A DNA stretch of 64,000 nt, from assembly GCA_963668355.1 (NCBI GenBank), contig OY764265.1, positions 1,632,001-1,696,000 on the forward strand. The letters are read 5' to 3'. The translations under genes and the position numbers were made by a program. Every line of letters starts with the position of its first letter. The stretch's first letter is position 1. This document shows, piece by piece, positions 19,570-30,285 of the stretch. Below the pieces are notes generated by a model. The model was not told where the DNA came from. It saw nothing but the letters and a program-made list of their open reading frames with translations, and did no database searches. This DNA comes from Bdellovibrionota bacterium (GTDB lineage: Bacteria > Bdellovibrionota_G > JALEGL01 > DATDPG01).

Positions 19570-22500
19570 TTGAAGGAAGAACAAAAAACATATTGGCGAA
19601 GCATTCAGCAATTGGAAGGGGATCCAAATTATCTGGAGTCCTTGCATCGCGAGTTTCCCGAAGGTGCTAGCGAACTGAATGATCCCATCTCGCGGCGGTC
19701 CTTTTTGAAATTCATGGGGGCCTCCGTTGCTTTTGCCAGTTTGGCCAGCTGTCGCAAGCCGTTGGAAAAGATCATTCCTTATGTGAATGCTCCGGAAAAC
19801 CTCATTCCCGGAAAACCACAGTATTATGCGACGACGATGCCGTTTGGCTCTCGGGCCTACGGTTTGGTTGTGGAGAGCCATGAGGGGCGACCCACCAAAA
19901 TTGAAGGGAATAAGCTTCATCCAGCCAGTTTGGGAGCCACGGACGCTCGAACACAGGCCGAAATTCTGAATCTCTATGATCCGGATCGGAAAAACGTTCT
20001 TACGCATAAAGGACAACCGGCTTCATGGGAAGACTTTGAGGCGTTTTGGTCTTCGGAATTTTCCACCTTCGCCTCCAATCGAGGAAAGGGTTTGGTCGTT
20101 TTGTCCGAATCTTTTTCGTCTCCGACGTTGGAGCGATTGAAAAAGAAGTTCCAAGAACGATTTCCGCAAAGTGTCTGGGTTCACTATGAGCCCATTGATG
20201 AGTCTCATGAGCGGGAAGGCTTAACGCGTGTTTTTGGACACCCCGCCCATGCCCAGTTGAGCTTAGAAAAGGCCAAGCGAATTCTTTCCTTGGATGCGGA
20301 CTTTCTTGGAAATCACCTCGATCAAGTCGCGTTGACGAAGGCGTTTTCCAAAGGGCGGGATCCCCATGTGGCAGGGGGGATGAATCGTCTCTATGTGGCT
20401 GAAAATGACCATTCGTTAACGGGGGGAATGGCAGATAAGCGTTTGCGGATGCCGAGTTCTCAAATCTTTGCTTTGGCTCAGGAAATTGCCTCTGAGTTAA
20501 AAGGGTTGGGGGCGGATCTTTCCCTCTCCAAAGTTGCCCGATCTGCGAAGGACTCTTTCGCCAGCCAAGTAGCCAAGGATCTCTGGAAGCATCGAGGTGA
20601 GGCTGTGGTCATCGCGGGCTTGCATCAACCTGCAGAAGTTCATGCATTGGCCTATGAGCTGAACCGCGTTTTGAACGGAGTGGGTCGAACGGTCTCCTAT
20701 CACAAAGTTCCTGAGGCAACGCTTTCCAACGAAAAAGATTTTGAGAATCTCATTGGACGAATGCGATCCGGAAAAGTCTCGACGTTCATTACATTGGGTG
20801 GAAACCCTGTATTTAATGCCCCTGCGGACTTTGACTTTGAAGCCCTGTATCAAAAGGTTCCATCGCGCATTCACTTTTCCCTCTTGCCCGATGAAACCGG
20901 AAAGTTAGCTGACTGGGTTTTGCCCCGAGCCCATTTTCTAGAAAGTTGGGGTGATGCTCGACATATCGACGGGACTTTGAGTTTGGTTCAGCCACTCATC
21001 CGACCTTTGTTTCAGGCTCGAAGTGATGTGTCTTTTTTGGGTCTCTTGAGCATGAACATGAACCTTTCAGATTTCGATCAGGTCCAACAAACGTGGAGGT
21101 TTTCCCTGGGTAATTTTGAATCCGAGTGGAGGCAAGGTCTTCACGACGGTGTTTTAAAGAAAGAACCTTTGGAATTATTGGAAATTTCCAAAGCTTCTTT
21201 GAAAGGCTTGAAGGCCAAGCCTGTGAGTCGGCCGACTTTGAAATCCTTAGAACTTGTGTTTCAGGCCTCACCGGCGGTATTTGATGGTCGGTATGCCAAC
21301 AACGCGTGGCTCCAAGAACTTCCCGACCCCGTGACGAAGATCACGTGGGACAATGTTGCGAAGTTGAGTCCTCAGACGGCAAAAGAGTTCAATTTAAAAG
21401 ATGGGGACCTGGTGGATTTAACCGTAGGTGATCGGAAAATGAACGTAGCCATCTGGGCCGTTCCCGGTCACGCCAAGTATAGCGTGAGTTTGGCTTTGGG
21501 ATATGGTCGGACGAATTCGGGCGTGGTTGGCAAAAACGCCGGGTTTAATGCCTACGCAATTCGAGACTCCAAGAATCCAGGGATTTTAAGCGGTGTAAAA
21601 CTCTCCAAGGTCGGTAAAACCTATCCCATTTCTTGCACGCAAGACCATGGCAGCATGGAGGGCAGGGCCATTGTTCGTGAAGGAAGCTTGGATCAGTATA
21701 AAAAGGATCCTGAGTTTGCCAAAAAGATGGTGAAGCACCCACCCCTCAAATCGTTGTGGGAGGAAAAAGATTACAAAGAAGGTCACCAATGGGGGATGAC
21801 CATCGACTTGAACAAGTGCACAGGCTGCAACGCTTGTGTGACCGCTTGTCAAAGTGAGAACAATGTTCCGGTTGTTGGGAAAGAACAAGTGGGCAATGCG
21901 CGAGAAATGCATTGGTTACGAGTGGATCGGTACTTTGCGGGAACGCCGGAAGAGGCCGAAATGGTGGTTCAGCCCATGGCCTGTCATCACTGTGAAAACG
22001 CCCCTTGTGAACAAGTGTGCCCCGTGAATGCGACGGTTCATGATGACGAAGGTCTCAACGCCATGGTGTATAACCGATGCATTGGCACGCGCTATTGTTC
22101 GAACAACTGTCCGTATAAAGTTCGCCGATTCAATTTCTTCAATTATACGAAAGACAAATCCGAAGAAGAAAAAATGGCCATGAATCCGGATGTCACGATT
22201 CGTTTTCGTGGGGTCATGGAGAAGTGCACGTACTGCGTGCAACGAATCAGCAAAGCCAAGATTGATGCCAAAAACCAAAGTCGTGACGTCAAAGATGGCG
22301 ATTTTCAGGTGGCGTGTCAGCAGGTTTGTCCCGCAGAAGCCATTCAATTTGGCAATTTGGTTGACCCAAAAAGTGAAGTGGTTCAACAAAAGAATAATTC
22401 TCGAAGCTATGATCTCTTGGCCGAACTCAATGTGAAGCCGAGGACATCTTATTTGGCGAAAATTCGGAATGTAGACTCCCAAAAGGGAGGTGATTCGTGA
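19570..22500 (+). CDS. actB: Alternative complex III subunit ActB (molybdopterin-oxidoreductase-like domain + Fe-S domain)
   Basis: YWRS...EFPEGA...SRRSFLK...LASC Tat/lipoprotein leader; [10 protein letters not shown]-terminal [37 protein letters not shown] and [10 protein letters not shown] clusters. Confidence 0.95.
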   Translation: MKEEQKTYWRSIQQLEGDPNYLESLHREFPEGASELNDPISRRSFLKFMGASVAFASLASCRKPLEKIIPYVNAPENLIPGKPQYYATTMPFGSRAYGLVVESHEGRPTKIEGNKLHPASLGATDARTQAEILNLYDPDRKNVLTHKGQPASWEDFEAFWSSEFSTFASNRGKGLVVLSESFSSPTLERLKKKFQERFPQSVWVHYEPIDESHEREGLTRVFGHPAHAQLSLEKAKRILSLDADFLGNHLDQVALTKAFSKGRDPHVAGGMNRLYVAENDHSLTGGMADKRLRMPSSQIFALAQEIASELKGLGADLSLSKVARSAKDSFASQVAKDLWKHRGEAVVIAGLHQPAEVHALAYELNRVLNGVGRTVSYHKVPEATLSNEKDFENLIGRMRSGKVSTFITLGGNPVFNAPADFDFEALYQKVPSRIHFSLLPDETGKLADWVLPRAHFLESWGDARHIDGTLSLVQPLIRPLFQARSDVSFLGLLSMNMNLSDFDQVQQTWRFSLGNFESEWRQGLHDGVLKKEPLELLEISKASLKGLKAKPVSRPTLKSLELVFQASPAVFDGRYANNAWLQELPDPVTKITWDNVAKLSPQTAKEFNLKDGDLVDLTVGDRKMNVAIWAVPGHAKYSVSLALGYGRTNSGVVGKNAGFNAYAIRDSKNPGILSGVKLSKVGKTYPISCTQDHGSMEGRAIVREGSLDQYKKDPEFAKKMVKHPPLKSLWEEKDYKEGHQWGMTIDLNKCTGCNACVTACQSENNVPVVGKEQVGNAREMHWLRVDRYFAGTPEEAEMVVQPMACHHCENAPCEQVCPVNATVHDDEGLNAMVYNRCIGTRYCSNNCPYKVRRFNFFNYTKDKSEEEKMAMNPDVTIRFRGVMEKCTYCVQRISKAKIDAKNQSRDVKDGDFQVACQQVCPAEAIQFGNLVDPKSEVVQQKNNSRSYDLLAELNVKPRTSYLAKIRNVDSQKGGDS

Positions 22501-23867
22501 GCATTCACGACAAGCCTTTGATTGATGGAAAACCTACCTTCCACTGGATTACAGAGCATGTTTGCTCCATCGTCGAAAAGGGAAAAATGCCTCCCGTTTG
22601 GTGGGCCACCTTGGCGATATCCACATCCTTGCTTTTGGTGTTGGCGGGTTCCGTGGGCTATTTGTTTTGGGAGGGCACCGGAATTTGGGGTCTTCAAGTG
22701 CCTAATGCTTGGGGCTGGGCCATCGTAAACTTTGTGTGGTGGGTTGGAATTGGTCATGCCGGCACATTGATTTCGGCCATTTTATTTCTGTTCCGTCAAA
22801 AATGGCGCACGTCGATCAATCGCTCTGCGGAAGCCATGACGTTGTTTGCTGTGATGTGTGCCCTGGTCTTTCCCACGATTCACGTCGGCCGTGTTTGGGT
22901 CATCTACTACACGCTTCCTGTGCCGAATCAGATGGGCATGTGGCCGAATTTTCGGAGTCCCCTTATGTGGGATGTCTTTGCCGTGAGTGTGTACTTCGCC
23001 GTCTCCGCCATCTTTTGGTACGTTGGCCTCATTCCGGACTGGGCGACGCTAAGGGACCGAGCCACCTCCAAAGTGAAACAAGTCATTTACGGAATTTTGG
23101 CTTTGGGTTGGCATGGTGGAAATCGCCAATGGAAACATTATGAATTGGCGTATTTGATTTTGGCTGGTGTGGCGACGCCTTTGGTCCTTTCAGTCCACTC
23201 CGTTGTGAGCTTTGACTTTGCGGTTTCTCAGGTTCCGGGTTGGCATACCACGATCTTCCCTCCTTATTTTGTGGCTGGAGCCATTTTTTCAGGGTTTGCC
23301 ATGGTGGCAACCTTGTTGATTTTGGCTCGAAAAATTTGGGGATTGGAAAAATTTATTACGAGACGTCACTTGGATGTCATGGCGAAAGTCATGTTGGCGA
23401 CATCGTTGATGGTAGGGTACGCGTATACGATCGAGTTTTTCACTGCCTGGTACAGTGGCAGTGAATATGAATGGTCGATCTTTGTGAATCGAGCCACGGG
23501 ACCCTATGCTTGGGCCTATTGGATCATGTTTGTGTGCAATGTGTTTGTGCCTCAGATTTTTTGGTTCAAGTCCATGCGAAATCATCTGGGTGTGATGTTT
23601 GTGGCCACGATTTTTATCAATATCGGAATGTGGTTTGAACGTTTTGTCATTGTGATCAGCTCGTTGGCTCAGGATTTTTTGCCTTCCAGTTGGGATTACT
23701 TTGTTCCCACCATTTGGGATATTTTGACGTTTGCCGGAACGTTCGGACTTTTCTTTACGATGTTTATGCTATTCATTCGTTTTGTTCCGATGGTGGCCAT
23801 CTCGGAAGTGAAGGGTGTTTTGCCGCAAGCCCAAGTTCACCATCACGAGGATGAGGAGGTCGCATGA
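22497..23867 (+). CDS. actC: Alternative complex III quinol-binding subunit ActC (NrfD/PsrC family)
   Basis: [60 protein letters not shown] and WFERFVI. Confidence 0.95.
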   Translation: MSIHDKPLIDGKPTFHWITEHVCSIVEKGKMPPVWWATLAISTSLLLVLAGSVGYLFWEGTGIWGLQVPNAWGWAIVNFVWWVGIGHAGTLISAILFLFRQKWRTSINRSAEAMTLFAVMCALVFPTIHVGRVWVIYYTLPVPNQMGMWPNFRSPLMWDVFAVSVYFAVSAIFWYVGLIPDWATLRDRATSKVKQVIYGILALGWHGGNRQWKHYELAYLILAGVATPLVLSVHSVVSFDFAVSQVPGWHTTIFPPYFVAGAIFSGFAMVATLLILARKIWGLEKFITRRHLDVMAKVMLATSLMVGYAYTIEFFTAWYSGSEYEWSIFVNRATGPYAWAYWIMFVCNVFVPQIFWFKSMRNHLGVMFVATIFINIGMWFERFVIVISSLAQDFLPSSWDYFVPTIWDILTFAGTFGLFFTMFMLFIRFVPMVAISEVKGVLPQAQVHHHEDEEVA

Positions 23868-24406
23868 ATGAGGGGTTGAAAGTCCTCGGCCTCATTGCCC
23901 ACTTTGACGGACCGGAGACGCTTCTTCGGGCAGCTAAGGCCATGCGTGCGGAAGGCTATTCGAAGTTTGACTGTCATTCTCCGTATCCCATTCATGGGAT
24001 GGACCAAGCGATGGGGCTAAAGCGGTCGCCCGTGGGCTGGATCGCGGGAATGTTTGCGCTGACGGGAATGGTTGTGGCTTTGGGAATGCAGTTTTGGATG
24101 AACTCGGTGGATTATCCCATCGTGATTTCAGGGAAGCCGCTTTATCCTTGGCAAGCTTTTGTGCCCATCACGTTTGAGTTGTCCATTTTGTTTACCGCCA
24201 TTGGGGCCGTGTTGGGAATGTTTGTTCTCAATAAATTGCCTCAAGTTTACAACGCGTTGTTTGGGGCTCCTTCATTTGGAAAGTTTTCGGATGATGGATT
24301 TGTCTTGAGCGTTGAAGCCAAAGACTCAAAATTTAGTGAAACCGAAACGAAGGCTTTTTTGGCCTCCATTGGAGGCGAGAATGTTGAGGAGGTGAGAGAG
24401 CTATGA
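23864..24406 (+). CDS. actD: Alternative complex III subunit ActD (DUF3341)
   Basis: [23 protein letters not shown] and [12 protein letters not shown]; operon position. Confidence 0.9.
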   Translation: MNEGLKVLGLIAHFDGPETLLRAAKAMRAEGYSKFDCHSPYPIHGMDQAMGLKRSPVGWIAGMFALTGMVVALGMQFWMNSVDYPIVISGKPLYPWQAFVPITFELSILFTAIGAVLGMFVLNKLPQVYNALFGAPSFGKFSDDGFVLSVEAKDSKFSETETKAFLASIGGENVEEVREL

Positions 24407-24978
24407 AACACCTCCCCCTCTTCTTAAGCCTGTTGATGTTGGCAGGGTGCTTGCGCGGTACAACGTCGGAAGACCCAGCCATTCACCTCAATCCAAATAT
24501 GGATAATCAAGAAAAGTACCAAGCTTACGAGGCCAGTCCTCTTTTTGAAGACGGAAAAGTCATGCGGCCTCGAATTCCAGGAACCATCGCCCGAGGAGAA
24601 CTTCACTTGGATGATCCCACTCCTGAAAACAACCCCCTTCCAGTGACCCAAGAAAATCTAAAACGCGGACAAGAAAGATATGGAATTTATTGTTCTCCTT
24701 GTCATGGGGCTGTGGGTGATGGAAAAGGAATGATTGCCAAGCGTGGCGTTCCACTTGGATTTGTTCCTCCCACAAGTTTTCATTCAGATCTGTTGCGTCA
24801 ACAAAATGATCGACATTTTTTTGACGTCATTTCAAATGGAATTCGAAATATGGAACCCTATCGTCATCAAATTCCGCGAGAAGATCGCTGGAGAATCGTT
24901 CAGTACGTGAGAGCCTTGCAACGGAGTCAACACGCACATTTGAAAGATGTGCCTGTAGAGAGGCGAGGGGCATTGTGA
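24403..24978 (+). CDS. actE: Alternative complex III monoheme lipoprotein ActE
   Basis: Lipobox LAGC, MDNQEK, single CSPCH, and DRWRIVQYVRALQ. Confidence 0.9.
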   Translation: MKHLPLFLSLLMLAGCLRGTTSEDPAIHLNPNMDNQEKYQAYEASPLFEDGKVMRPRIPGTIARGELHLDDPTPENNPLPVTQENLKRGQERYGIYCSPCHGAVGDGKGMIAKRGVPLGFVPPTSFHSDLLRQQNDRHFFDVISNGIRNMEPYRHQIPREDRWRIVQYVRALQRSQHAHLKDVPVERRGAL

Positions 24979-26168
24979 TGAAGTTAGGATTTGATCAAAC
25001 AACTTATCGCATCACACGAGTTCGTCCCGTTTTGATGGCCAAAGGCATCGGTGGAGCTGTGGGGTTGGCTTTCTGCCTTGTCGCGTATCTTCAAGACTCC
25101 AAACAATTCTTCTTCTCTTATTTGACGGCGTTTTCGTTTGTTCTGTCGATGGGCCTGGGGGGGATGTTTTTTACGATGTTGCATCACGCGGTTGCCGCAA
25201 AGTGGAGCGTGGTTCTTCGTCGTGTGAGTGAAACATTGATGAGTTTGGTCCCTTGGATGTTCATCTTTTTTCTGCCAATTTTGCTTTTTGGCATTCATGA
25301 TCTCTATCCCTGGAGTCATGTTGAACATGTTGCCCATGATTCCATTCTTCAGAAAAAGGTAGCTTATCTGAATGTGCCTTTTTGGATTGTAAGATCTCTG
25401 CTTTATTTCCTGATTTGGACGCTCCTGGCGAGGTTCTTTTACAAAACGTCTTTGGCTCAGGATGAGGCCTTCGATGAAAAAAGAGCGGAGAAGATGACCA
25501 AATGGGCTCCTCTGGGACTGATTCTCTTTGCGTTTACGGTGACCTTTGCTTCCATTGACTGGATCATGTCTTTGGATCCCCATTGGTTCTCAACCATGTT
25601 TGGCGTCTACTTCTTTGCGGGCTCTTTCATGAGTGGATTGGCATTTATTCTCCTGGTGGTTCTGTACTTTAGATATTCTGGAGCGTTGACGAATGTCATT
25701 TCAAGCGAACATTTGCATGATTTGGGAAAACTCATGTTCGCCTTTATGGCTTTTTGGGCTTACGTAGCGTTTTCCCAGTACATGTTGATTTGGTATGGAA
25801 ACATTCCCGAAGAAACGGTGTGGTACCTGCATCGCAGTCATGGTTCCTGGGGAATCCTCTTCTTGTTTGTGGGGTTATTTCACTTTGTTTTGCCGTTTTT
25901 GATTTTGTTACCCCGAGAGATCAAAAGAAACCCCATCGTTCTTTGGGTCATGGCCCCCTGGTTGATTGTCATTCATTGGGTAGATCTCTATTGGGTGGTG
26001 ATGCCCAATCTTCATCCCCATGGCATTCACTTTTCCTGGGTTGATGTTGCGGCCTATGTGGCGCTGAGTGGTTCCTTTGCAGGGTTGTTTTGGTGGAAAA
26101 TGTCGAAACATGCTGTGATTCCCATTCATGATCCAAATCTTAAGGCTTCCAAGGAGAGCGTCAGTTGA
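24975..26168 (+). CDS. actF: Alternative complex III membrane subunit ActF
   Basis: WSVVLRR, DWIMSLDPHWFSTMFG, HLHDLGKLMFAF and SQYMLIWYGNIPEET. Confidence 0.9.
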   Translation: MMKLGFDQTTYRITRVRPVLMAKGIGGAVGLAFCLVAYLQDSKQFFFSYLTAFSFVLSMGLGGMFFTMLHHAVAAKWSVVLRRVSETLMSLVPWMFIFFLPILLFGIHDLYPWSHVEHVAHDSILQKKVAYLNVPFWIVRSLLYFLIWTLLARFFYKTSLAQDEAFDEKRAEKMTKWAPLGLILFAFTVTFASIDWIMSLDPHWFSTMFGVYFFAGSFMSGLAFILLVVLYFRYSGALTNVISSEHLHDLGKLMFAFMAFWAYVAFSQYMLIWYGNIPEETVWYLHRSHGSWGILFLFVGLFHFVLPFLILLPREIKRNPIVLWVMAPWLIVIHWVDLYWVVMPNLHPHGIHFSWVDVAAYVALSGSFAGLFWWKMSKHAVIPIHDPNLKASKESVS

Positions 26169-26452
26169 AACATTGGAAAGTCATATTGGGTGTTGGTGTG
26201 GGAAGTGCGCTGGCTGCACTTTTGTTGGTAGTTTCCGTTGGGTTGATTTATTCCATTTTTGGGTTGTACCGAGATCATCTTCATGAAGAACGTGTTCTCA
26301 AGCCTGTGGCGACAGATCTGCTTGAAACGAAAAAAGAGGCGGATGCAATTTTGAATTCGTATGGACAGGTGGATCCGGACCAAGGGATTTATCGCATTCC
26401 CATTGAGCGGGCCATGGACCTCATGTTGAAAGAGAACGGAGGTCAACGATGA
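26165..26452 (+). CDS. Small single-TM ACIII accessory subunit (ActG-like)
   Basis: TM helix followed by LNSYGQVD...YRIPIERAMDL, a motif typical of the small gene after actF. Confidence 0.7.
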   Translation: MKHWKVILGVGVGSALAALLLVVSVGLIYSIFGLYRDHLHEERVLKPVATDLLETKKEADAILNSYGQVDPDQGIYRIPIERAMDLMLKENGGQR

Positions 26453-27366
26453 AAGATCTCTTTTCCTGGTTCGTTCCGAATGCCGCCTCGTTGCTTTCTG
26501 GGGAAGTAGATGGGGTGTTGTTTTTCATTTTTCTTCTCTCGCTCGTTATTTTGGGAACCGTGGCCGGATTGATTCTTTTTTATCTGATTCGAGCCTGGGA
26601 AAAGGGGGGGAGAAAAGAGGCCTCCAGTGATTCTCTGAAACCGTTTCACTTTACGGGGCTGGCCCTCGGGCTGTTTTTTCTTTTAGGCCTTATCGGAATT
26701 TTTGTTTGGGGATTTAAAGTTTTCGTTAGTCATCAAGTGGTTCCCCGAGACCCTGTCGAAATTGAAGCTAGGGTTGACGACGATGGGTGGACATTTGGTT
26801 ACGATAACGGTGTTAGCCAAAAAGAACTTGTGGTGCCTGTGGACCGGCCTGTGAATCTTCACTTTCATACGGAAGGAAAGACTCAGACGCTTTCCGTTCC
26901 CGACTTTCGATTCAAAGGGGAGGCTGTCTACGGAAGAAAGACAACGGCTTGGTTTCAAGCCGAAAAGACGGGAAGCTTTCCCATCATTGGAACGGCTGAA
27001 AATGTGAAAGTGGTTTCCCTTGAGGATTTTGAGAAATGGATTCAAGAAGGGGTAGCGGCTCAGACACAAGGCTCTCCCGCTGAATTGGGGGCCAAGCTGT
27101 ATCAACAAAATGCTTGTTTTACTTGTCATAGCGTTGATGGAAGTCCTGGAGTCGGACCCACATGGAAGGGATTGTATGGGACGCAAGAGCAGTTGACCGA
27201 TGGAACGCAAGTCGAAGTCAATGATGAATACATTAAAGAGTCGATTTTGGATCCAATGGCTAAAGTGACGAAGGGCTTTCAGCCCGTGATGCCTCCCTAT
27301 CAGGGAATGCTAACCGATGAACAAATTGCGGCCATCACGGCCTACATCAAAACATTGAAGGACTGA
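26449..27366 (+). CDS. Cytochrome c oxidase subunit II homolog with C-terminal cytochrome c, lacking the CuA site
   Basis: Two TM helices; cupredoxin scaffold (WTFGY, LVVPVDRPV, VPDFRFK, TTAWFQA); no CxExCGxxHxxM motif; c-type heme CFTCH...GPTWKGLYG...VMPPY retained. Confidence 0.85.
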   Translation: MKDLFSWFVPNAASLLSGEVDGVLFFIFLLSLVILGTVAGLILFYLIRAWEKGGRKEASSDSLKPFHFTGLALGLFFLLGLIGIFVWGFKVFVSHQVVPRDPVEIEARVDDDGWTFGYDNGVSQKELVVPVDRPVNLHFHTEGKTQTLSVPDFRFKGEAVYGRKTTAWFQAEKTGSFPIIGTAENVKVVSLEDFEKWIQEGVAAQTQGSPAELGAKLYQQNACFTCHSVDGSPGVGPTWKGLYGTQEQLTDGTQVEVNDEYIKESILDPMAKVTKGFQPVMPPYQGMLTDEQIAAITAYIKTLKD

Positions 27367-27367
27367 C

Positions 27368-28819
27368 ATGGATTCGACGCGCAAAACATATGACAGACCT
27401 TGGATGGTTTATCTTGAGTCTCGCCGTGTGGGCCTCATGTACTTAGCTTTGGTGGCAGTCGGGGCTTTGCTGGGATGTGTTTCAGCTGTGGGAATGCAGG
27501 TGGAGCGATTTAGTCCATCTTTGGATTTATTTTCTCCGGAAGCTTATTCGCTTTTGCTTTCTTTGCATGGCGTAGCCATGATCTTTCTCTTTTTGCTTCC
27601 TGCCATTCCGGCCGTGATTGGAAACCTGGCGCTTCCCGGTCTTTTAAAAACTCAAAATTTTCTTTGGCCTTATCTTAATCTTTTTGGGTGGGTTAAATAT
27701 GCCTTGGGTTTCGGTTTCATATTGCTGGGTGCGGCCATGGGTGGAACCGATGTGGGTTGGACATTCATGGTTCCAAAGTCTTTGGTTGCGAGTGGTGCTG
27801 TCATTGTCTGGGCCTTAGGCGTGATGGTGATTGCCTCGGCGATTGCTTGTATCGGCGTGAACACGCTTCTAACGATCCACTTTGGCAAGGGAGAAGGCGT
27901 GGCGTGGAAAGATTTTTCCATTTTTATGTGGTCTCTTTATGGAACTGCGATCCTTCAGGTCTTGGTTTCTCCTTTGATTGTTTTGGCATTTTTTCTGTTG
28001 ATTGTGGAGAGTCTCACTGGAATCGGATTTTTTGGTCCTGAGGCATCCGGAGATCCTCTGATCTATAAGTATCTTTTTTGGTTATTTGGCCATGCAGCGG
28101 TTTTTATGATGCTGCTCCCGGCTTTGGGTGTCCTGATGGATCTCTTGGTGCAGTACACCCGCAGGGCATTGTCTGGAAAATTTACGTTAATCGGAGCGGT
28201 TTTTTTGACTGTGGTTCTAGGCGTATTGGGTTTTGGTCACCATTTGACGTTGGAGGGACAAATTCCCGTTTTTTCCGTACTCTTTCAATTCTTTGCATTG
28301 ATTTCCTTATTTCCCTTAGGTCTTTTTTTGCTACATGCACTGATTCATCTTTGGAAAGGCTCACTCGAGCTCAATACAACGGTTCTGTATGTTCTGTTTG
28401 TCCTTTTTAATCTCGCCATGACCTTAATGGCCCAGTTGGCCTTGTTTAATGGGGCTACCGGACCTTATTTACATGGAACACAATTTGAAGCGGCTTATAT
28501 GCATACCTTGCTTTTGGGAACTGTTGGTTTTTCATTTCTTGCAGCCTTGCATCACTACTGGCCGAAAATCTGGGGGCGAAAAGTCAGTGAATGGGTAGGG
28601 GCCATTGCTGCAATTCATGTGTTTCTCTTCTTTGAGCTTACGTTTATTCCCATGTTTTTAGCTGGCTTGAAGGGGTTGCCTTCGGGGCTTTCTCTTTATC
28701 CGGAGGCCTTTGTGGGGTATCAAAGAACATCTGCCATTGGGGCGCTCTTGCTTCTTCTTTCCTTGGCCCTCGTTGCCTACAATTTAATTGCTGCCATTTT
28801 TAAAGGGAAAAAAGCCTAA
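27368..28819 (+). CDS. Heme-copper oxidase subunit I homolog (A-family derived) with altered active site
   Basis: About 12 TM helices; LHGVAMIF (H67), GDPLIYKYLFWLFGHAAVF (H242), GHHL (H291/H292), YLHGTQFEAAYMH (Y377, H379), ALHHYWPKIWGR. Confidence 0.85.
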   Translation: MDSTRKTYDRPWMVYLESRRVGLMYLALVAVGALLGCVSAVGMQVERFSPSLDLFSPEAYSLLLSLHGVAMIFLFLLPAIPAVIGNLALPGLLKTQNFLWPYLNLFGWVKYALGFGFILLGAAMGGTDVGWTFMVPKSLVASGAVIVWALGVMVIASAIACIGVNTLLTIHFGKGEGVAWKDFSIFMWSLYGTAILQVLVSPLIVLAFFLLIVESLTGIGFFGPEASGDPLIYKYLFWLFGHAAVFMMLLPALGVLMDLLVQYTRRALSGKFTLIGAVFLTVVLGVLGFGHHLTLEGQIPVFSVLFQFFALISLFPLGLFLLHALIHLWKGSLELNTTVLYVLFVLFNLAMTLMAQLALFNGATGPYLHGTQFEAAYMHTLLLGTVGFSFLAALHHYWPKIWGRKVSEWVGAIAAIHVFLFFELTFIPMFLAGLKGLPSGLSLYPEAFVGYQRTSAIGALLLLLSLALVAYNLIAAIFKGKKA

Positions 28820-29988
28820 TCAAGATTGGCCAAGTAGTTTTCGATGGCTTCTTGTGGGACCGTTCCGATGAAGCTTTTCCCTCCAATGAAATAGGTAGGG
28901 GTTCCCCGGATGTTTAAGGCATGTCCTGCTTGCAGGTCTGTTTGTATTTCCTCATTCGCTCTGGACGAGTGCATGCAGGCTTTCATTTTTTTCAAATCCA
29001 ATCTCAGCTCAGATATCAGGTCACTCAAAACAATGTCCTTCGCTCGGACATAGTCTAAAGCGAAGAAAATGGCGTCATTGGCTTTCCAAAACTTTTTTTG
29101 TTCTCCCGCACAAAATGCAAAACGAGAAAGTTCACAGGCTCGTTGATGAAAGGGGCGTGTGATGGATGGATTGCATGCTTGGTCGAGTGGGAAATGGCGG
29201 TGCACGAGTCGAATTTTGGTGGGATGGCGTTCCACCAATTGCCGGGTCATGCGATGAGATTTTCGACAAAACGGACACTCATAATCTGTGTATTCCATGA
29301 TTGAGATGATGGGATTTCGAGCCCCAATCCAGGGATGTCCTTCGGGAGTAAATCCAGTTTGAACGACGGGGGTGGTCTCCGGCGGAATCTTGCTTTCCTC
29401 AGACCAGTAGGTTGGATAGAAAACAAGGATGACGAGGACAACCAAAAGAGCCAAAATCAGAGTCAAGCTGGCTGCCAAAGGTCGAGAGAAAAAACTCCGG
29501 ATGTCTTGGAACAGAGCTTTTAAGGGATTTATCCGGAATTGACGCAGACAAAGGATGGAGAGGATTAGGAAAAGAAGATTTACGACATAAAGCGCATTGC
29601 AGAACAGGCAGATGGAGGCAATTCGCGTAATGGAAATAAAGGCCAGATAGGCAGAGAAGAAACTAAATCCCAGAGCTGAAAAGAACATCAATCCCAGGGG
29701 GGGCTTTTCTCCGAATAGCTTTTTTCGAAGTGTGGGAACGGCAACCAGTAAAAAGAGAGCCAAGTAGGAAAGCAGGCCCCAAACCGAGATGGGTATTCCC
29801 CAAAGAATCGAATACGAAGAAAGTGCGACCGTTTCACAGTTGATCTTGTCGCTGACGGCACAGACGGCTTCGTAGGCTGGATCTGTATGCGTTAGATAAT
29901 GAATGCGGGTCAGTTGAATTGAACAGAGGAGCCCAATGGTGGAAAGAAAAAGAAGAGAAACTCCGCAAAGCTTTGATTTTGTTGTCAT
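28816..29988 (-). CDS. VKOR domain fused to DsbA-like thioredoxin domain
   Basis: VKOR: VCAVSDKINCETV, YSILWGIPISVWG, ICLFC. DsbA: YTDYECPFC, HFPLDQACN, IRGTPTYFIGG. Confidence 0.9.
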   Translation of the reverse strand: MTTKSKLCGVSLLFLSTIGLLCSIQLTRIHYLTHTDPAYEAVCAVSDKINCETVALSSYSILWGIPISVWGLLSYLALFLLVAVPTLRKKLFGEKPPLGLMFFSALGFSFFSAYLAFISITRIASICLFCNALYVVNLLFLILSILCLRQFRINPLKALFQDIRSFFSRPLAASLTLILALLVVLVILVFYPTYWSEESKIPPETTPVVQTGFTPEGHPWIGARNPIISIMEYTDYECPFCRKSHRMTRQLVERHPTKIRLVHRHFPLDQACNPSITRPFHQRACELSRFAFCAGEQKKFWKANDAIFFALDYVRAKDIVLSDLISELRLDLKKMKACMHSSRANEEIQTDLQAGHALNIRGTPTYFIGGKSFIGTVPQEAIENYLANLD

Positions 29989-30013
29989 CGAATTATTTGG
30001 ATCAATGAATATA

Positions 30014-30040
30014 TTTTGAACCTATGCACATAACTGTCAA
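30014..30040 (-). promoter_or_regulatory. Promoter of VKOR-DsbA with 20-bp palindromic operator (copy 1)
   Basis: Minus strand TTGACA-G-TTATGTGCATAGGTTCAAAA; 16/20 identical to the operator at 30397..30416. Confidence 0.6.
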
Positions 30041-30102
30041 GCCTGCTTGAGAGGCGATCTCGTTTGTTTTTCCAACCCGATATTCTGTGTTAAAGAATGT
30101 AT

Positions 30103-30285
30103 ATGCCAACCTATGAGTATAAATGTGAAGCCTGTGGTCATCGCTTTGACGTGTTTCATAAGATTTCGGAACACCCCGAATTGGAATGCCCCAAATGCAA
30201 AGGGAAGGTTTCTCGAATGCCGAGTGTCGGAAGTGTGGGTGGGTCGAATTCTCCGGGTTCTTGTTTGCCTAGCGGAGGCCTTTGA
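30103..30285 (+). CDS. FmdB-family zinc-ribbon protein (possible Sec read-through to TAG at 30297)
   Basis: MPTYEYKCEACGHRF...CPKC, Ser/Gly-rich tail with one Cys; ends in TGA followed by a hairpin. Confidence 0.85.
   Translation: MPTYEYKCEACGHRFDVFHKISEHPELECPKCKGKVSRMPSVGSVGGSNSPGSCLPSGGL

Noticed and set aside
27368..28819. Assignment as a known nitric oxide reductase (cNOR/qNOR) or cbb3 subunit
   Set aside because: It lacks the NOR HLWVEG-type Glu motif and the high-spin heme His. The scaffold motifs (GDP..Y..LFW, YWPK..GR) and the caa3-type partner point to A-family origin.
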